From the NCBI GenBank assembly GCA_937129145.1, contig CAKZMU010000009.1:80551-144550 (forward strand): a stretch of 64,000 bases of DNA. Direction: 5' to 3'. The number at the start of each line of letters is the position of its first letter. The stretch's first letter is position 1. The stretch comes from an uncultured Lacinutrix sp. (GTDB lineage Bacteria; Bacteroidota; Bacteroidia; Flavobacteriales; Flavobacteriaceae). The notes under the pieces were generated by a model that saw only the letters and a program-made list of their open reading frames with translations, ran no database searches and was not told where the DNA came from. Of this stretch, positions 38,802 through 49,682 are shown piece by piece. Both the position numbers and the translations under genes were made by a program.

Positions 38802-39791
38802 ATGAAAGTAGCTGTTGTTGGTGCCACTGGAATGGTTGGCAATGTCATATTAAAAGTTCTTGAAGAACGTAATTTTCCTGTGTCTGAGCTAATTCCTGTA
38901 GCTTCTGAAAGAAGTGTAGGAAAAACAATTGAGTTTAGAGGAAAACCTTATAAAATAGTTGGACTTACTGATGCTGTAAATATGAAACCTGATGTGGCGT
39001 TATTTTCAGCTGGAGGGAATACCTCATTAGAATGGGCTACTAAATTTGCAAAAATTGGTACAACAGTCATCGATAATTCTTCGGCTTTTAGAATGGATCA
39101 GGACAAAAAATTAGTAGTCCCAGAAATTAACGCAAAAGCACTCACTAAAGAAGATAAAATTATTGCAAACCCAAATTGCTCAACCATTCAATTGGTTTTG
39201 ACTTTAGCGCCTTTACACAAAGCATACAAGATGAGGCGTGTGGTTGTGTCAACATATCAGTCTGTTTCAGGAACTGGTGTAAAAGCAGTTGAGCAACTTG
39301 AAAATGAAATTAATGGTATTGAGGGCGATATGGCATATCCTTATCCAATTGGACGAAACGCTTTACCGCATTGCGATGTATTTCTTGAAAATGGGTACAC
39401 TAAAGAGGAAATGAAATTAGCTAGAGAGCCTCAAAAAATATTGGATGATAGAACTTTTTCGGTGACTGCAACTGCCGTGAGAATTCCAACAGCTGGAGGG
39501 CATTCTGAGTCTGTAAACGTTCAGTTTGAAAATGATTTCAACCTACAAGAAGTGCGTGAATTATTAGCAAAAACCGAAGGCATTATTGTACAAGATAATC
39601 CAAATACAAACACCTATCCTATGCCGATTTTAGCACATGGAAAAGATGAGGTTTTTGTTGGTAGAATTAGACGCGACGAAACCCAACCAAACACTCTAAA
39701 TATGTGGATTGTTGCCGATAATTTACGAAAAGGTGCTGCTACCAATGCCGTACAAATAGCCGAATACTTAGTAACCAACCAATTATTATAG
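38802..39791 (+). CDS. asd: Aspartate-semialdehyde dehydrogenase
   Basis: MKVAVVGATGMVG Rossmann start; active-site region NPNCSTIQ. Confidence 0.9.
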   Translation: MKVAVVGATGMVGNVILKVLEERNFPVSELIPVASERSVGKTIEFRGKPYKIVGLTDAVNMKPDVALFSAGGNTSLEWATKFAKIGTTVIDNSSAFRMDQDKKLVVPEINAKALTKEDKIIANPNCSTIQLVLTLAPLHKAYKMRRVVVSTYQSVSGTGVKAVEQLENEINGIEGDMAYPYPIGRNALPHCDVFLENGYTKEEMKLAREPQKILDDRTFSVTATAVRIPTAGGHSESVNVQFENDFNLQEVRELLAKTEGIIVQDNPNTNTYPMPILAHGKDEVFVGRIRRDETQPNTLNMWIVADNLRKGAATNAVQIAEYLVTNQLL

Positions 39792-39918
39792 TGTAAGCCT
39801 TGTCGTTTATAGGGAAAATCTGCCTTTTAACATATCGTATGGAAATTTTGGTATTATAACTAATTAATTACTAGCAACTTTACCTTTTAGTTAAATTAGC
39901 TATCCAAATTTTCTATAA

Positions 39919-41004
39919 ATGACAAAAAATTACTCCTGTTTAATAGGGCTTTTGCTATTTGTATTTGCTTGTACATCGTGTTCGGAAGATGATAACTATG
40001 TACAGGTTCAACCTACGCCAACTTCTCCTGTGTCTTTAAACCTAGAGAATGTTCCTTATTCTAATCTTTCAGAATATAATTTTTTTGAAGGTAATATGGC
40101 AGATTTAACACCTGTTTACGGTGTTTTACCATACAAAATTACTAGCGGACTATTTATAGATTATGCCAAAGCACAAACATTTGTTTGGATGCCTAAAGGC
40201 TCTAAAGCCAATTATGTTAATGACCACAGTATATTAGATTTTCCTGATGGCGCCGTATTAATTACCACGCACTATTTTGAAAATGTCTTGCCTGAAAAGA
40301 ATAGAAAAATGATTGAAACACGCCTTATCATAAAAAAAGAAGGCGAGTGGGTATTGGTAAATTATAAGTGGAACAATGAACAAACAGAAGCAGTCTATAC
40401 TACCGAAGGTAGTTTTGTTAACGTAAAGATTGAAGACAATAACGAAGCTAAAGCTGTTAATTATAAAATCCCATCATATAACGAGTGCTTTACTTGTCAC
40501 AATAAATACGATGAGATTTTGCCAATAGGTCTAAAGCCACAAAATATTAATGCCGATTTTACTTTTAAAGACGGTGTAAAAAACCAATTAAAGAAATGGG
40601 CAGAATTTGGGTACTTAGAAACCTCCAATATTCCTGCTGAAATTGTTTCGGTAGTGGACTGGGCAGATGTTTCACAACCATTAGACTTAAGAGTTAGGTC
40701 GTATCTAGATATAAATTGTGCGCATTGCCATTCAGATAAAGGATACTGTGAGTATGCACCAATGAGATTTTCTTTTAAAGATACCGAAGACTTTGCAAAC
40801 ATGGGTGTTGATGTTGAGCATAATTTTGAACTTGAAGGAGACTTATCACACATTATAGCTCCAGGAAAACCAGAAGAATCAGCTTTGCTGTTTAGGCTTA
40901 AATCAACCTTAGACGAATATAAAATGCCAATTATGGGAAGAAACCTTCAGCATAAAGAAGGTGTACAACTTATAGAACAATGGATTAACTCATTAGAAAA
41001 ATAA
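39919..41004 (+). CDS. Lipoprotein with two CxxCH heme-binding motifs (putative di-heme c-type cytochrome)
   Basis: Lipoprotein signal with Cys (…VFACTSC); CFTCH and CAHCH motifs. Confidence 0.55.
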   Translation: MTKNYSCLIGLLLFVFACTSCSEDDNYVQVQPTPTSPVSLNLENVPYSNLSEYNFFEGNMADLTPVYGVLPYKITSGLFIDYAKAQTFVWMPKGSKANYVNDHSILDFPDGAVLITTHYFENVLPEKNRKMIETRLIIKKEGEWVLVNYKWNNEQTEAVYTTEGSFVNVKIEDNNEAKAVNYKIPSYNECFTCHNKYDEILPIGLKPQNINADFTFKDGVKNQLKKWAEFGYLETSNIPAEIVSVVDWADVSQPLDLRVRSYLDINCAHCHSDKGYCEYAPMRFSFKDTEDFANMGVDVEHNFELEGDLSHIIAPGKPEESALLFRLKSTLDEYKMPIMGRNLQHKEGVQLIEQWINSLEK

Positions 41005-41037
41005 AATTGAATAAAATATTATAATATCCCAATCAAT

Positions 41038-43098
41038 ATGAAAACAAAATTACTCTTTTTAATTATTTGCTTAATGCCTTTTGCTATTAAGGCGCAAAGC
41101 AGTTCAAACACTTGTTCAGCAGCAGATGCTGCAACACATATAACAAGCGGTGGAACATACTCAATAACCTCGTTTGATGGAACAGCACCAGCTCCTGGTT
41201 GCTCTCCTGGAAGTATCGCAAGCAATGGAGAATGGTTTGCATATACACCAGCTAACGATTATCAAGTTACTATTTCGTCTGATATTGCTGGAAACGATGG
41301 AAAAGACACTAAACTTCAGGTTTATAATGGGACTTGCGCTGCTTTAAACTGTTTCGCAAATAGTGATGATGATGGTGTAGATGTTTACAGTCGTCTATCC
41401 GTCGTACAATTTGTAGCTCAAGCAAATACAACCTATTATATTGCTTGGGATAATAGATATGATTCATCTGCCTTCGATTTTGAATTAACCGAAACCACAC
41501 TACAACCAATTAGCTTTACTGAGCAATCAAGGTCTGGTGGCGGAACTTTAAGGGGTGCCGTAGATATGAATAATGATGGGTTAGACGATATTGTCTCTAT
41601 TGTTCCAAAAAACGTAAACGATAGTAATGTTTACGATATAAATATTCAAGAGCAAGAGCCTAATGGCAGTTTTACTGGTCACGATTACCCAGTTTCTGCG
41701 CCTTACAGTGCATCGTGGAGTTTAGCTGCTGGTGACTATAATGGTGATGGATACAATGACCTTGTTTGGGGAAATGGTTCTGGTGTAAACATTATTAAAG
41801 CAACTAACAGCGGAACTGATTATGCCATTGCTGAAACGCAAAGTGGCATATTTACTCAGCGTACAAATTTTGTGGATATCAACGAAGATGGTCGTTTAGA
41901 CGTTTTTATTTGCCACGATATTGCACCAAACATATACTATATGAATGAACCAAGTGGGTTAGAATATTATCAAGGAGCCGATCCAAATGGTGTTCCCGAA
42001 GGATTAGGTATTTACCCTTCTGGAGGTAATTATGGTTCTGTTTGGGTAGATTACGATAATGATGGTGACATCGATATGTTTATGGCAAAATGTGGTGGTG
42101 GTACAGCTAGACGTACAAATCAGTTATTTAGAAACAATGGAAATGGGTCTTTTACCGAAGTTGCTGCGGCAGCAAATTTAGCCGACCCAATTCAAACATG
42201 GTCTGGAGCATGGGGAGATTATGATAATGATGGAGATATGGATGTTTTTATTGGTGGTTACAATGGTACGTCTCACAAAATGATGCGTAACAATGGGGAT
42301 GGTACTTTTACCGATATTACGGCAACTACAAATTTAGGATTCTTTACTTATACAGGTATTGATAATGTAACTGCAGATTTTAATAATGATGGGTTTATAG
42401 ACATTCTTTCTAATGGTAATATTTTAGTTAACGACGGTAATCCAGCAAATATGTCGTTTACAGCTTACACTACAGATGTGCCTCCTCAAGGTGCTATTGG
42501 AGATTTAGATAATGATGGCTTTTTAGATGTTGCCAGCGGTTCTAAAATATATTATAATAACGGAAGCCCTAACAATTATTTTAAAATAAAATTAAACGGA
42601 AGTGGTCTTAATAAGGCTGGAATTGGAGCTCGTATAGAAATTACTACTAGTTCTGGAACTCAAATACGTGATGTTAGAAGTGGTGAAGGATTTAGATACA
42701 TGAATAGTTTAACAACGCACTTTGGTCTAGGTGTTGACACAAATATTACATCTGTTAAAGTGTATTGGCCTTCTAATACAGTAGATATCATGAACAATGT
42801 TGGTGTAAATCAAACCATTACTTTGTCTGAAGGTTCTACATTAAGCACACAAACTGAAGTATTTGCCGAGGATTTAACATTGTTCCCTAATCCAGCAAAA
42901 AGCACCTTATATGTTCGTACAAAATACAACCTGAGCGATGCCATTTATACCGTTTTTGATATTTCTGGTAAGCGTGTGTTAAACAGTAAATTTGGAAGAG
43001 AAAATACTGTTAATGTATCATCGTTAAGTACTGGAACTTACTTTTTAAGAGTGATGCAAGATGGTTTATCTCACACACAAAAATTTATTAAAGAGTAA
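41038..43098 (+). CDS. FG-GAP/VCBS-repeat (ASPIC/UnbV-like) secreted protein with a T9SS C-terminal sorting domain
   Basis: Repeated DxDNDGxxD(I/V) motifs; C-terminal LFPNPAKSTLYV…GTYFLRV Por-secretion tail. Confidence 0.75.
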   Translation: MKTKLLFLIICLMPFAIKAQSSSNTCSAADAATHITSGGTYSITSFDGTAPAPGCSPGSIASNGEWFAYTPANDYQVTISSDIAGNDGKDTKLQVYNGTCAALNCFANSDDDGVDVYSRLSVVQFVAQANTTYYIAWDNRYDSSAFDFELTETTLQPISFTEQSRSGGGTLRGAVDMNNDGLDDIVSIVPKNVNDSNVYDINIQEQEPNGSFTGHDYPVSAPYSASWSLAAGDYNGDGYNDLVWGNGSGVNIIKATNSGTDYAIAETQSGIFTQRTNFVDINEDGRLDVFICHDIAPNIYYMNEPSGLEYYQGADPNGVPEGLGIYPSGGNYGSVWVDYDNDGDIDMFMAKCGGGTARRTNQLFRNNGNGSFTEVAAAANLADPIQTWSGAWGDYDNDGDMDVFIGGYNGTSHKMMRNNGDGTFTDITATTNLGFFTYTGIDNVTADFNNDGFIDILSNGNILVNDGNPANMSFTAYTTDVPPQGAIGDLDNDGFLDVASGSKIYYNNGSPNNYFKIKLNGSGLNKAGIGARIEITTSSGTQIRDVRSGEGFRYMNSLTTHFGLGVDTNITSVKVYWPSNTVDIMNNVGVNQTITLSEGSTLSTQTEVFAEDLTLFPNPAKSTLYVRTKYNLSDAIYTVFDISGKRVLNSKFGRENTVNVSSLSTGTYFLRVMQDGLSHTQKFIKE

Positions 43099-43121
43099 AA
43101 AACTAACTAATATATAATACT

Positions 43122-43148
43122 AAGCCATCTCAATTGAGATGGCTTTTT
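43122..43148 (+). terminator. Rho-independent terminator after the FG-GAP gene
   Basis: AAGCCATCTCaattGAGATGGCTT followed by ttt. Confidence 0.75.
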
Positions 43149-43178
43149 ATGTTATTTTTGCAGTTAACTATTTATATG

Positions 43179-44093
43179 CTTAAGGTTAAAAATATTTCTT
43201 TTGGTTATAAAAAAAGCAAGGTTTTAAAAACTGTTGACTTTTCGGTATTGCCTAGTGAAAATGTTTCAATTATTGGTGAAAGTGGCTCAGGAAAAAGCAC
43301 TTTGTTGAAGTTAATATATGGTGAATATGATTTAGATGAAGGTTCTATAAGTTGGAAAAATCAATCCATATTAGGTCCAAGTCACAACTTGGTAGTTGGT
43401 TATGATTTTATGAAATATGTAGCTCAAGAATTTAACTTAATGCCTTATATAACCGTTGAGGAAAATATTGGCAAATTCTTGTCGAATTTCTTTCCTGAAG
43501 AAAAACAAACACGCATCAATGAACTTATTGAAATTGTTGAGTTAATTGAGTTTGCAAACGTAAAAGTGAAATATTTAAGTGGAGGTCAAAAACAGCGAGT
43601 GGCTTTGGCTAGAGCCATAGCGTTACAGCCAGAAATTATTTTGTTGGACGAACCTTTTAGCCATATTGACAATTTTAAAAAACAATCACTACGTCGAAAC
43701 CTATTTGGCTATTTAAAAAAACACAATATTGCCTGCATTGTTGCAACGCACGATAAAAATGATGTACTCCCTTTTTCTGATAAAATAATTGTACTTCATA
43801 AAGGAGTAATTCTAGCAAATGACGCACCACAAGTATTATACAAAAACCCTAAATCACCTTTAGTTGCTTCGTTTTTTGGTGAGTTTAGTGTTCTAGAACC
43901 TTACGGAATTTTATACGCACATCAGCTTAAATTAGTTGAACATTCTAGCCTAAAAGCAACTGTGTTAGAAAGCTATTACAACGGCAATCATTACTTAGTT
44001 AAAGCAACGGTAGATGATGCCATTGTTTTTTTTGAATCTAAATCTGCCATTAAAACTAACGACGTGGTGTGTTTAGAAGTTTCTAAAAGCTAA
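43179..44093 (+). CDS. ABC transporter ATP-binding protein
   Basis: Walker A GESGSGKST, signature LSGGQKQR, Walker B ILLDEP. Start placed at MLKVKN, downstream of the terminator. Confidence 0.8.
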   Translation, partial: LKVKNISFGYKKSKVLKTVDFSVLPSENVSIIGESGSGKSTLLKLIYGEYDLDEGSISWKNQSILGPSHNLVVGYDFMKYVAQEFNLMPYITVEENIGKFLSNFFPEEKQTRINELIEIVELIEFANVKVKYLSGGQKQRVALARAIALQPEIILLDEPFSHIDNFKKQSLRRNLFGYLKKHNIACIVATHDKNDVLPFSDKIIVLHKGVILANDAPQVLYKNPKSPLVASFFGEFSVLEPYGILYAHQLKLVEHSSLKATVLESYYNGNHYLVKATVDDAIVFFESKSAIKTNDVVCLEVSKS

Positions 44094-44543
44094 TTATTCA
44101 ATTTTTTGAATCAATATATTTTTCCCATTAAAAACAACCATATCATTAATACTTTTGCCCAGTAATAGTTTTCCAATGGGTGAAATAGATGAAATGGCAT
44201 AAAACGATTGACCGTTCACTTCTAATTTTCCTGCGCTTACAGCAATAAAATAGTTTAACTGGTTGGTGTAAACCAACGACCCAAGCGCCACCACGGTAGC
44301 GCTTTTATCAACTTGAACCCTATTTAAAACAGCCCGCATTTTATTGATTTCAGCTAATTGATTTCCTGTTTTTTCGCGTTCAAGTTGTAGCATTGCTCTA
44401 CCTGTTTCATGTTTATCTCCTGCGCTGCTTTTGGTTTCGGACAATAAGGATTCTTGAATTTCTAAAATAGTATTTTGAATAATTAACAAACGATTATCTA
44501 TAAACTCAATACACTTGTTGTATAATTTTTCCTTAATAGACAT
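44094..44543 (-). CDS. GreA/GreB-family transcription elongation factor homolog
   Basis: 149 aa; C-terminal FKBP-like Gre domain pattern. Confidence 0.6.
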   Translation of the reverse strand: MSIKEKLYNKCIEFIDNRLLIIQNTILEIQESLLSETKSSAGDKHETGRAMLQLEREKTGNQLAEINKMRAVLNRVQVDKSATVVALGSLVYTNQLNYFIAVSAGKLEVNGQSFYAISSISPIGKLLLGKSINDMVVFNGKNILIQKIE

Positions 44544-45652
44544 TACACTAAATCAGCTAATTCCTTACCAACCAAACTTCCTATGGCAACTCCCATTCCG
44601 CCAAGTCGGACGCCGCAAAAAACATGATTGGACACTTGTTTTACAATTGCTTTTTTCTGGCTTCCAACTCCCATAATTCCACTCCATCTATGGTCAATTT
44701 CAAAAGGTGTTTCTGGTAAAATTGTAGTTTTAAGTAGTTGTTCTAATTTGTTTTGGATGGTTTTTGTTTGTCCAAAATCCGTGGTTTCTTCAGTTTTATA
44801 GTCAAGGTTTCGACCTCCTCCAAACAATATTCTATTATCAATATTTCTGAAATAATAGTACCCTCTTTCTAAGTGAAAAGTACCCTTTATTTGTAAATTT
44901 TTTATTGGCTTAGTAATTAATACTTGTGCTCTTGCTGGCTTTACGCCTTCTATATTTAGTTGAGAAGAAAACCCATTGGTGGCTATTAGTAATTTTGAGG
45001 ATGAAAATTCAAAATGATTTGTGTCTATTTTAACCGAATTATTGTCTTCAAAAAAACCTGTTACAGTTGTATTGTTTAAAATTTTAATTCCTTTTGATAA
45101 CACTTTCTTAAGTAAGGTTTCCATCATTTTGCCTGTGTCCAATTGCCCTTCAAACTTATTGAAAATATACTTCTGTTTTATATTTATAAATTGAAAAACA
45201 TTGTCGCTAACACTATACACATTATCATTAAAAATTGGTTTAAGCAACCTATTTATAGCTTCCTTTTTCTCTAAACATTCTTCTAATAAGTTGTCTTGAT
45301 TGGAAAACAACTCAAACCCTCCCAATGCTTTATAGTTAATAGCCTTATCGCTTAGGGTTTTTCTTAGTAATTGCAAACCATCAATACGTTTTTTTACGAG
45401 CTCTAAGACTTCTTCTTTTGTGTGTGATTTTAAGTCGTCCAAAATTTCACTTAAACTACCAAAACATGCAAAGCCAGCATTTTTTGTGCTAGCTCCTTGT
45501 GGCAATATGCCTTTTTCGAGTATTAAAATTTTAGCTTCTGGAAAACGTCCTTTTAAATGCAATGCACAGTTAAGTCCAACTATTCCACTACCAATTATAG
45601 TATAATCAACATCTGTTAACCACGATTTTATTTCCCAATACGACAATTTCAT
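44543..45652 (-). CDS. FAD-dependent oxidoreductase (DAO family)
   Basis: N-terminal GSGIVG dinucleotide-binding motif. Confidence 0.7.
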   Translation of the reverse strand: MKLSYWEIKSWLTDVDYTIIGSGIVGLNCALHLKGRFPEAKILILEKGILPQGASTKNAGFACFGSLSEILDDLKSHTKEEVLELVKKRIDGLQLLRKTLSDKAINYKALGGFELFSNQDNLLEECLEKKEAINRLLKPIFNDNVYSVSDNVFQFINIKQKYIFNKFEGQLDTGKMMETLLKKVLSKGIKILNNTTVTGFFEDNNSVKIDTNHFEFSSSKLLIATNGFSSQLNIEGVKPARAQVLITKPIKNLQIKGTFHLERGYYYFRNIDNRILFGGGRNLDYKTEETTDFGQTKTIQNKLEQLLKTTILPETPFEIDHRWSGIMGVGSQKKAIVKQVSNHVFCGVRLGGMGVAIGSLVGKELADLV

Positions 45653-45692
45653 AGAGTAAAAATAGTGGTTTTGATTGATTATGTGTTAAAAA

Positions 45693-45720
45693 CAAAAAAA
45701 CCTGAATTTTCATTCAGGTT
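45693..45720 (-). terminator. Rho-independent terminator of the accB-accC operon (minus strand)
   Basis: CCTGAATtttcATTCAGG with an A-run on the plus side, which is a U-run on the minus strand. Confidence 0.7.
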
Positions 45721-45727
45721 TCTTTAA

Positions 45728-47083
45728 TTAATCTTTATACTGTTCATCCATTTCAAAATCTTCCATGAATTTAGTAGTATAATTACCTGCTAAATAATCT
45801 GGATGGTCCATTAATTGTCTGTGAAACGGAATGGTTGTTTTTATCCCTTCAATAATAAATTCATCTAAGGCACGCTTCATTTTATTGATGGCCTCTTCAC
45901 GAGTTTGCGCAGTTGTAATTAACTTGGCAATCATTGAATCGTAATTTGGCGGAATAGAATACCCTGCATATACATGCGTATCTAAACGCACGCCATGACC
46001 TCCAGGAGCGTGTAATGTTGTAATTTTTCCTGGTGATGGTCTAAAGTCGTTAAATGGGTCTTCGGCGTTAATTCTACACTCAATTGAATGTAAATTTGGA
46101 GAATAATGCTTTCCAGAAATTGGCACACCAGCAGCTACTAATATTTGCTCACGAATCAAATCGAAATCTATTACTTGTTCCGTAATAGGGTGCTCTACTT
46201 GAATACGTGTGTTCATTTCCATGAAATAGAAATTTCTATGCTTATCAACCAAGAATTCTACCGTCCCAGCGCCTTCATACTTAATATATTCGGCAGCTTT
46301 TACAGCAGCTTCACCCATTTTTTTACGTAAGGCTTTGGTCATAAATGGAGAAGGAACTTCTTCCGTTAGCTTTTGATGGCGTCGTTGCACCGAACAATCT
46401 CTTTCAGATAAATGGCAAGCAACACCTCGAGAATCTCCAACAATTTGAATTTCAATATGTCTAGGTTCTTCAATGAGTTTTTCCATGTACATATCGTCAT
46501 TTCCAAAGGCTGCTTTCGATTCTTGTCTTGCAGAATCCCAAGCTTCTTTTAAATCTTCAGGTTTCCAAACGGCACGCATCCCTTTTCCACCACCTCCTGC
46601 AGAGGCTTTAAGCATTACAGGATAGCCTGTTTCTACAGCAAGCTTTTCACATTCTTCAAAATCTTCTATCACACCTTCACTTCCTGGAACACATGGCACT
46701 CCTGCTGCTTTCATCGTAGCTTTTGCGTTGGCCTTGTCTCCCATTCTATCAATCATTTCAGAAGATGCTCCAATAAATTTAATGTCGTGTTCCCCACATA
46801 TTTTTGAGAATTTGGCATTTTCAGATAAGAATCCATATCCAGGATGTATCGCATCGGCGTTAGTAATTTCTGCCGCTGCAATAATGTTAGACATTTTTAA
46901 ATACGATTCGTTACTAGGTGCTGGACCTATACAAACCGCTTCGTCAGCAAATTTTACGTGAAGACTTTCGGCATCAGCTGTAGAATATACTGCAACTGTT
47001 TTAATTCCCATTTCTTTACAGGTTCTAATAACACGTAATGCTATTTCCCCTCGATTGGCTACTAATATTTTTTTAAACATAAC
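45728..47083 (-). CDS. accC: Acetyl-CoA carboxylase biotin carboxylase subunit
   Basis: [14 protein letters not shown] start, ATP-grasp motifs; ~451 aa from the internal Met; the track ORF extends further upstream. Confidence 0.9.
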   Translation of the reverse strand, partial: VMFKKILVANRGEIALRVIRTCKEMGIKTVAVYSTADAESLHVKFADEAVCIGPAPSNESYLKMSNIIAAAEITNADAIHPGYGFLSENAKFSKICGEHDIKFIGASSEMIDRMGDKANAKATMKAAGVPCVPGSEGVIEDFEECEKLAVETGYPVMLKASAGGGGKGMRAVWKPEDLKEAWDSARQESKAAFGNDDMYMEKLIEEPRHIEIQIVGDSRGVACHLSERDCSVQRRHQKLTEEVPSPFMTKALRKKMGEAAVKAAEYIKYEGAGTVEFLVDKHRNFYFMEMNTRIQVEHPITEQVIDFDLIREQILVAAGVPISGKHYSPNLHSIECRINAEDPFNDFRPSPGKITTLHAPGGHGVRLDTHVYAGYSIPPNYDSMIAKLITTAQTREEAINKMKRALDEFIIEGIKTTIPFHRQLMDHPDYLAGNYTTKFMEDFEMDEQYKD

Positions 47084-47179
47084 TCTTGTTTTAAAAATTT
47101 CAAATTCCTTACTCCAAATTCCAAATATTGGATTTTGAGTCCCGATAATCATCGAGATGTGTTTTGGAATTTTTAATTG

Positions 47180-47656
47180 TTATGATGGGTCCACCAAAAA
47201 TAATGGTTGGTCAAATTCTACTGGAGAAGAGTCGTCAACTAGTATTTTAACTATTTTACCAGAAACTTCAGATTCTATCTCATTAAAAAGTTTCATTGCC
47301 TCAATAATACAAAGTACATCCCCTTCTGAAATATTTTGTCCTACCTCAACAAATAATGGTTTATCTGGTGATGGTTTTCTGTAGAAGGTTCCTATAATAG
47401 GTGATTTTATTGTAATATATTTTGAGTCGTCCTCAGCTGGAGCTGCTGGTGTAGCTGTTGGTGCAGGCGCGGAAGCAACTGGTTGAGCAGCGGCTTGTGG
47501 CATTTGCGCTTGTACTGGAACTTGCTGTACTATTGTGGTTTCAGAATCTGATCCTGTTTTAATGGTGATTTTTACATCATCCATCTCCAATTTAACCTCG
47601 TTAGCACCAGACTTGGCAACAAACTTGATTAAGTTTTGAATCTCTTTTAAATCCAT
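47180..47656 (-). CDS. accB: Acetyl-CoA carboxylase biotin carboxyl carrier protein
   Basis: Biotinyl-lysine motif [10 protein letters not shown]; Ala/Pro-rich linker. Confidence 0.9.
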   Translation of the reverse strand: MDLKEIQNLIKFVAKSGANEVKLEMDDVKITIKTGSDSETTIVQQVPVQAQMPQAAAQPVASAPAPTATPAAPAEDDSKYITIKSPIIGTFYRKPSPDKPLFVEVGQNISEGDVLCIIEAMKLFNEIESEVSGKIVKILVDDSSPVEFDQPLFLVDPS

Positions 47657-47685
47657 AATTTGCTATTTTTAATTTAGTTAGTTTG

Positions 47686-48681
47686 TTAAGAATTATAGGC
47701 CCATTTTAAATAAATGGAACCCCAAGTAAATCCGCCTCCAAAAGCGGCAAAAATTATATTATCTCCTTTTTTAAGGTGTGATTCGTAATCGTGTAATAAT
47801 AACGGAAGCGTTGCCGACGTAGTATTACCATATTTTTCAATATTCATCATTACCTTGTCTTTGTCGAGCTCTATCCTGTTGGCGGTTGCATCAATAATTC
47901 GTTTATTGGCTTGATGAGCAGCTAACCAAGCAACATCATCTTTTGTTAAATTATTGCGCTCTAATATTTTTACTGCTACATCTGCCATATTAAATACAGC
48001 ATTTTTAAATACTGTTTTTCCGTCTTGAAAAACATAATGCTTACCATCGTTAAAAGCCTCTTGAGTCATAGGGTAAGATGAGCCACCATAAGTTGCTTGT
48101 AAAAACTCCCTTCCAGAGCCATCGCTTCTAAGGTATTCGTCTTGAAGTCCTAAACCCTCTTCATTAGGTTCAAATAAAACAGCTCCTGCGCCATCTCCAA
48201 AAATGATACACGTTGCTCTATCTTCATAATTAATAAATGATGAATTTTTATCAGCGCCTATTAATAACACATTTTTATATCTTCCTGATTCAATATATTT
48301 TGCAGCTGTAGACATTCCAAACAAAAAGCTTGAACAGGCTGCCTCCAAGTCAAAAGAAAATGCGTTTGTAGCACCAATTTGTGTTGCTGTATAAGCAGCT
48401 GTTGACGCTGCCTTCATATCTGGAGTTGCGGTTGCAACTATAACGAGTTCTATATTTTTTGGGTCAATTCCTTTTTTCTTTATTAAATCTTCTGCCGCTT
48501 TAATAGCCAAAAAAGAGGTTCCTTTCCCTTCATCTTTAAGGATTCTACGTTCCTTAATTCCTGTTCTAGTTGTAATCCATTCATCATTAGTATCAACCAT
48601 GGTTTCCAATATTTGGTTGGTTAATACATATTCTGGCACATATGCGCCAACAGCTGTAATCGCTGCTGTGATTTTACTCAT
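47686..48681 (-). CDS. fabH: 3-oxoacyl-ACP synthase III
   Basis: Catalytic Cys (AACSSF), His and Asn regions (AHQAN, GNTTSAT); 331 aa. Confidence 0.9.
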   Translation of the reverse strand: MSKITAAITAVGAYVPEYVLTNQILETMVDTNDEWITTRTGIKERRILKDEGKGTSFLAIKAAEDLIKKKGIDPKNIELVIVATATPDMKAASTAAYTATQIGATNAFSFDLEAACSSFLFGMSTAAKYIESGRYKNVLLIGADKNSSFINYEDRATCIIFGDGAGAVLFEPNEEGLGLQDEYLRSDGSGREFLQATYGGSSYPMTQEAFNDGKHYVFQDGKTVFKNAVFNMADVAVKILERNNLTKDDVAWLAAHQANKRIIDATANRIELDKDKVMMNIEKYGNTTSATLPLLLHDYESHLKKGDNIIFAAFGGGFTWGSIYLKWAYNS

Positions 48682-48811
48682 AGTTATAGTTTAGTTTTGA
48701 ACAAAAAGTCGCAAAATTGACGTAAAACGCCAAAAAAGTGATGAAAAATACCACTTTTTACACAAATATGGTGCAAAATAGGTGTTTTTGGCTTCAAAAA
48801 AAATTTATCAT

Positions 48812-48836
48812 AAAAAAAACGCTCACAAGTGAGCGC
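48812..48836 (-). terminator. Rho-independent terminator after rpmF (minus strand)
   Basis: CGCTCACaaGTGAGCG with an A-run on the plus side. Confidence 0.65.
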
Positions 48837-48860
48837 TTAATTATATTGTTAGCAATGTGC

Positions 48861-49061
48861 TTATGCTATATTTTCTTCTTGAGAATTATCTACCAACACT
48901 TGACCTCTGTAGTAAAGTTTTCCTTCGTGCCAATGAGCTCTGTGGTATAAGTGTGCTTCTCCTGTAGTAGGACACGTAGCAATTTGTGGTACTGTTGCCT
49001 TGTAATGTGTTCTTCTCTTATCTCTTCTTGTTTTCGAGATTTTTCTTTTAGGATGTGCCAT
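48861..49061 (-). CDS. rpmF: 50S ribosomal protein L32
   Basis: [22 protein letters not shown]. Confidence 0.9.
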   Translation of the reverse strand: MAHPKRKISKTRRDKRRTHYKATVPQIATCPTTGEAHLYHRAHWHEGKLYYRGQVLVDNSQEENIA

Positions 49062-49069
49062 TTTCTATA

Positions 49070-49615
49070 TTATTTATCCGTTAATAATTTTTTTAATGTA
49101 TTCCAACGAGGGTCAATATCCTCATTTTCTGTTTTTTCTTCTAAGCTTTTTGGGCTTAATTCTTCTAATTTATTGAGTATTTCTGAGCTTAAAGACCCGT
49201 CTATTACGCCTGGGTGCACTCTTTTATGCGGAACTGATAACACAATTAATTCGTAAATATATTGCGAAATATCCACTTCATATTCTGAATGAGGTATGAT
49301 TAAAATTTCCTCATTTTCATCATTATACTCATTTCCGAACTTTACAACCAAATTAAAATCGTTTTCGATAGCTTGGTCAAAAGGTTCGTTTGTTAAATCA
49401 CAGTTTACATTAACTGCTCCAGACACTATAAAATGCCATTCTAATAACGTTGTTTTTTTATTTAAAACAACTTTTACATCTAGATTAGCATCGTTAAATT
49501 CGTCGTACTCAAAATGGTTAAAGAACTTATTGTCAATTTTATACTCGAAATGATGTTCTCCTTGTTTTAATCCTATAAATTGAATTACAAACTCTTTCAT
49601 TTTCTTCATCTCCAC
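49070..49615 (-). CDS. YceD/DUF177 family protein
   Basis: Conserved gene directly upstream of rpmF; 181 aa, acidic. Confidence 0.75.
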   Translation of the reverse strand: MEMKKMKEFVIQFIGLKQGEHHFEYKIDNKFFNHFEYDEFNDANLDVKVVLNKKTTLLEWHFIVSGAVNVNCDLTNEPFDQAIENDFNLVVKFGNEYNDENEEILIIPHSEYEVDISQYIYELIVLSVPHKRVHPGVIDGSLSSEILNKLEELSPKSLEEKTENEDIDPRWNTLKKLLTDK

Positions 49616-49682
49616 ATTTATTTCGAGCGTGCAAATATATAAAATAATATTTACCTATTTGTGGTTATAAACATTTTTTTGT

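Noticed and set aside
45420-46961. Small + strand ORFs (45420–45605, 46145–46330, 46728–46961) within the FAD-oxidoreductase and accC genes
   Set aside because: Antisense to strongly supported genes and short.
47157-47384. + strand 75-aa ORF overlapping accB
   Set aside because: Antisense to the biotin carboxyl carrier protein gene.
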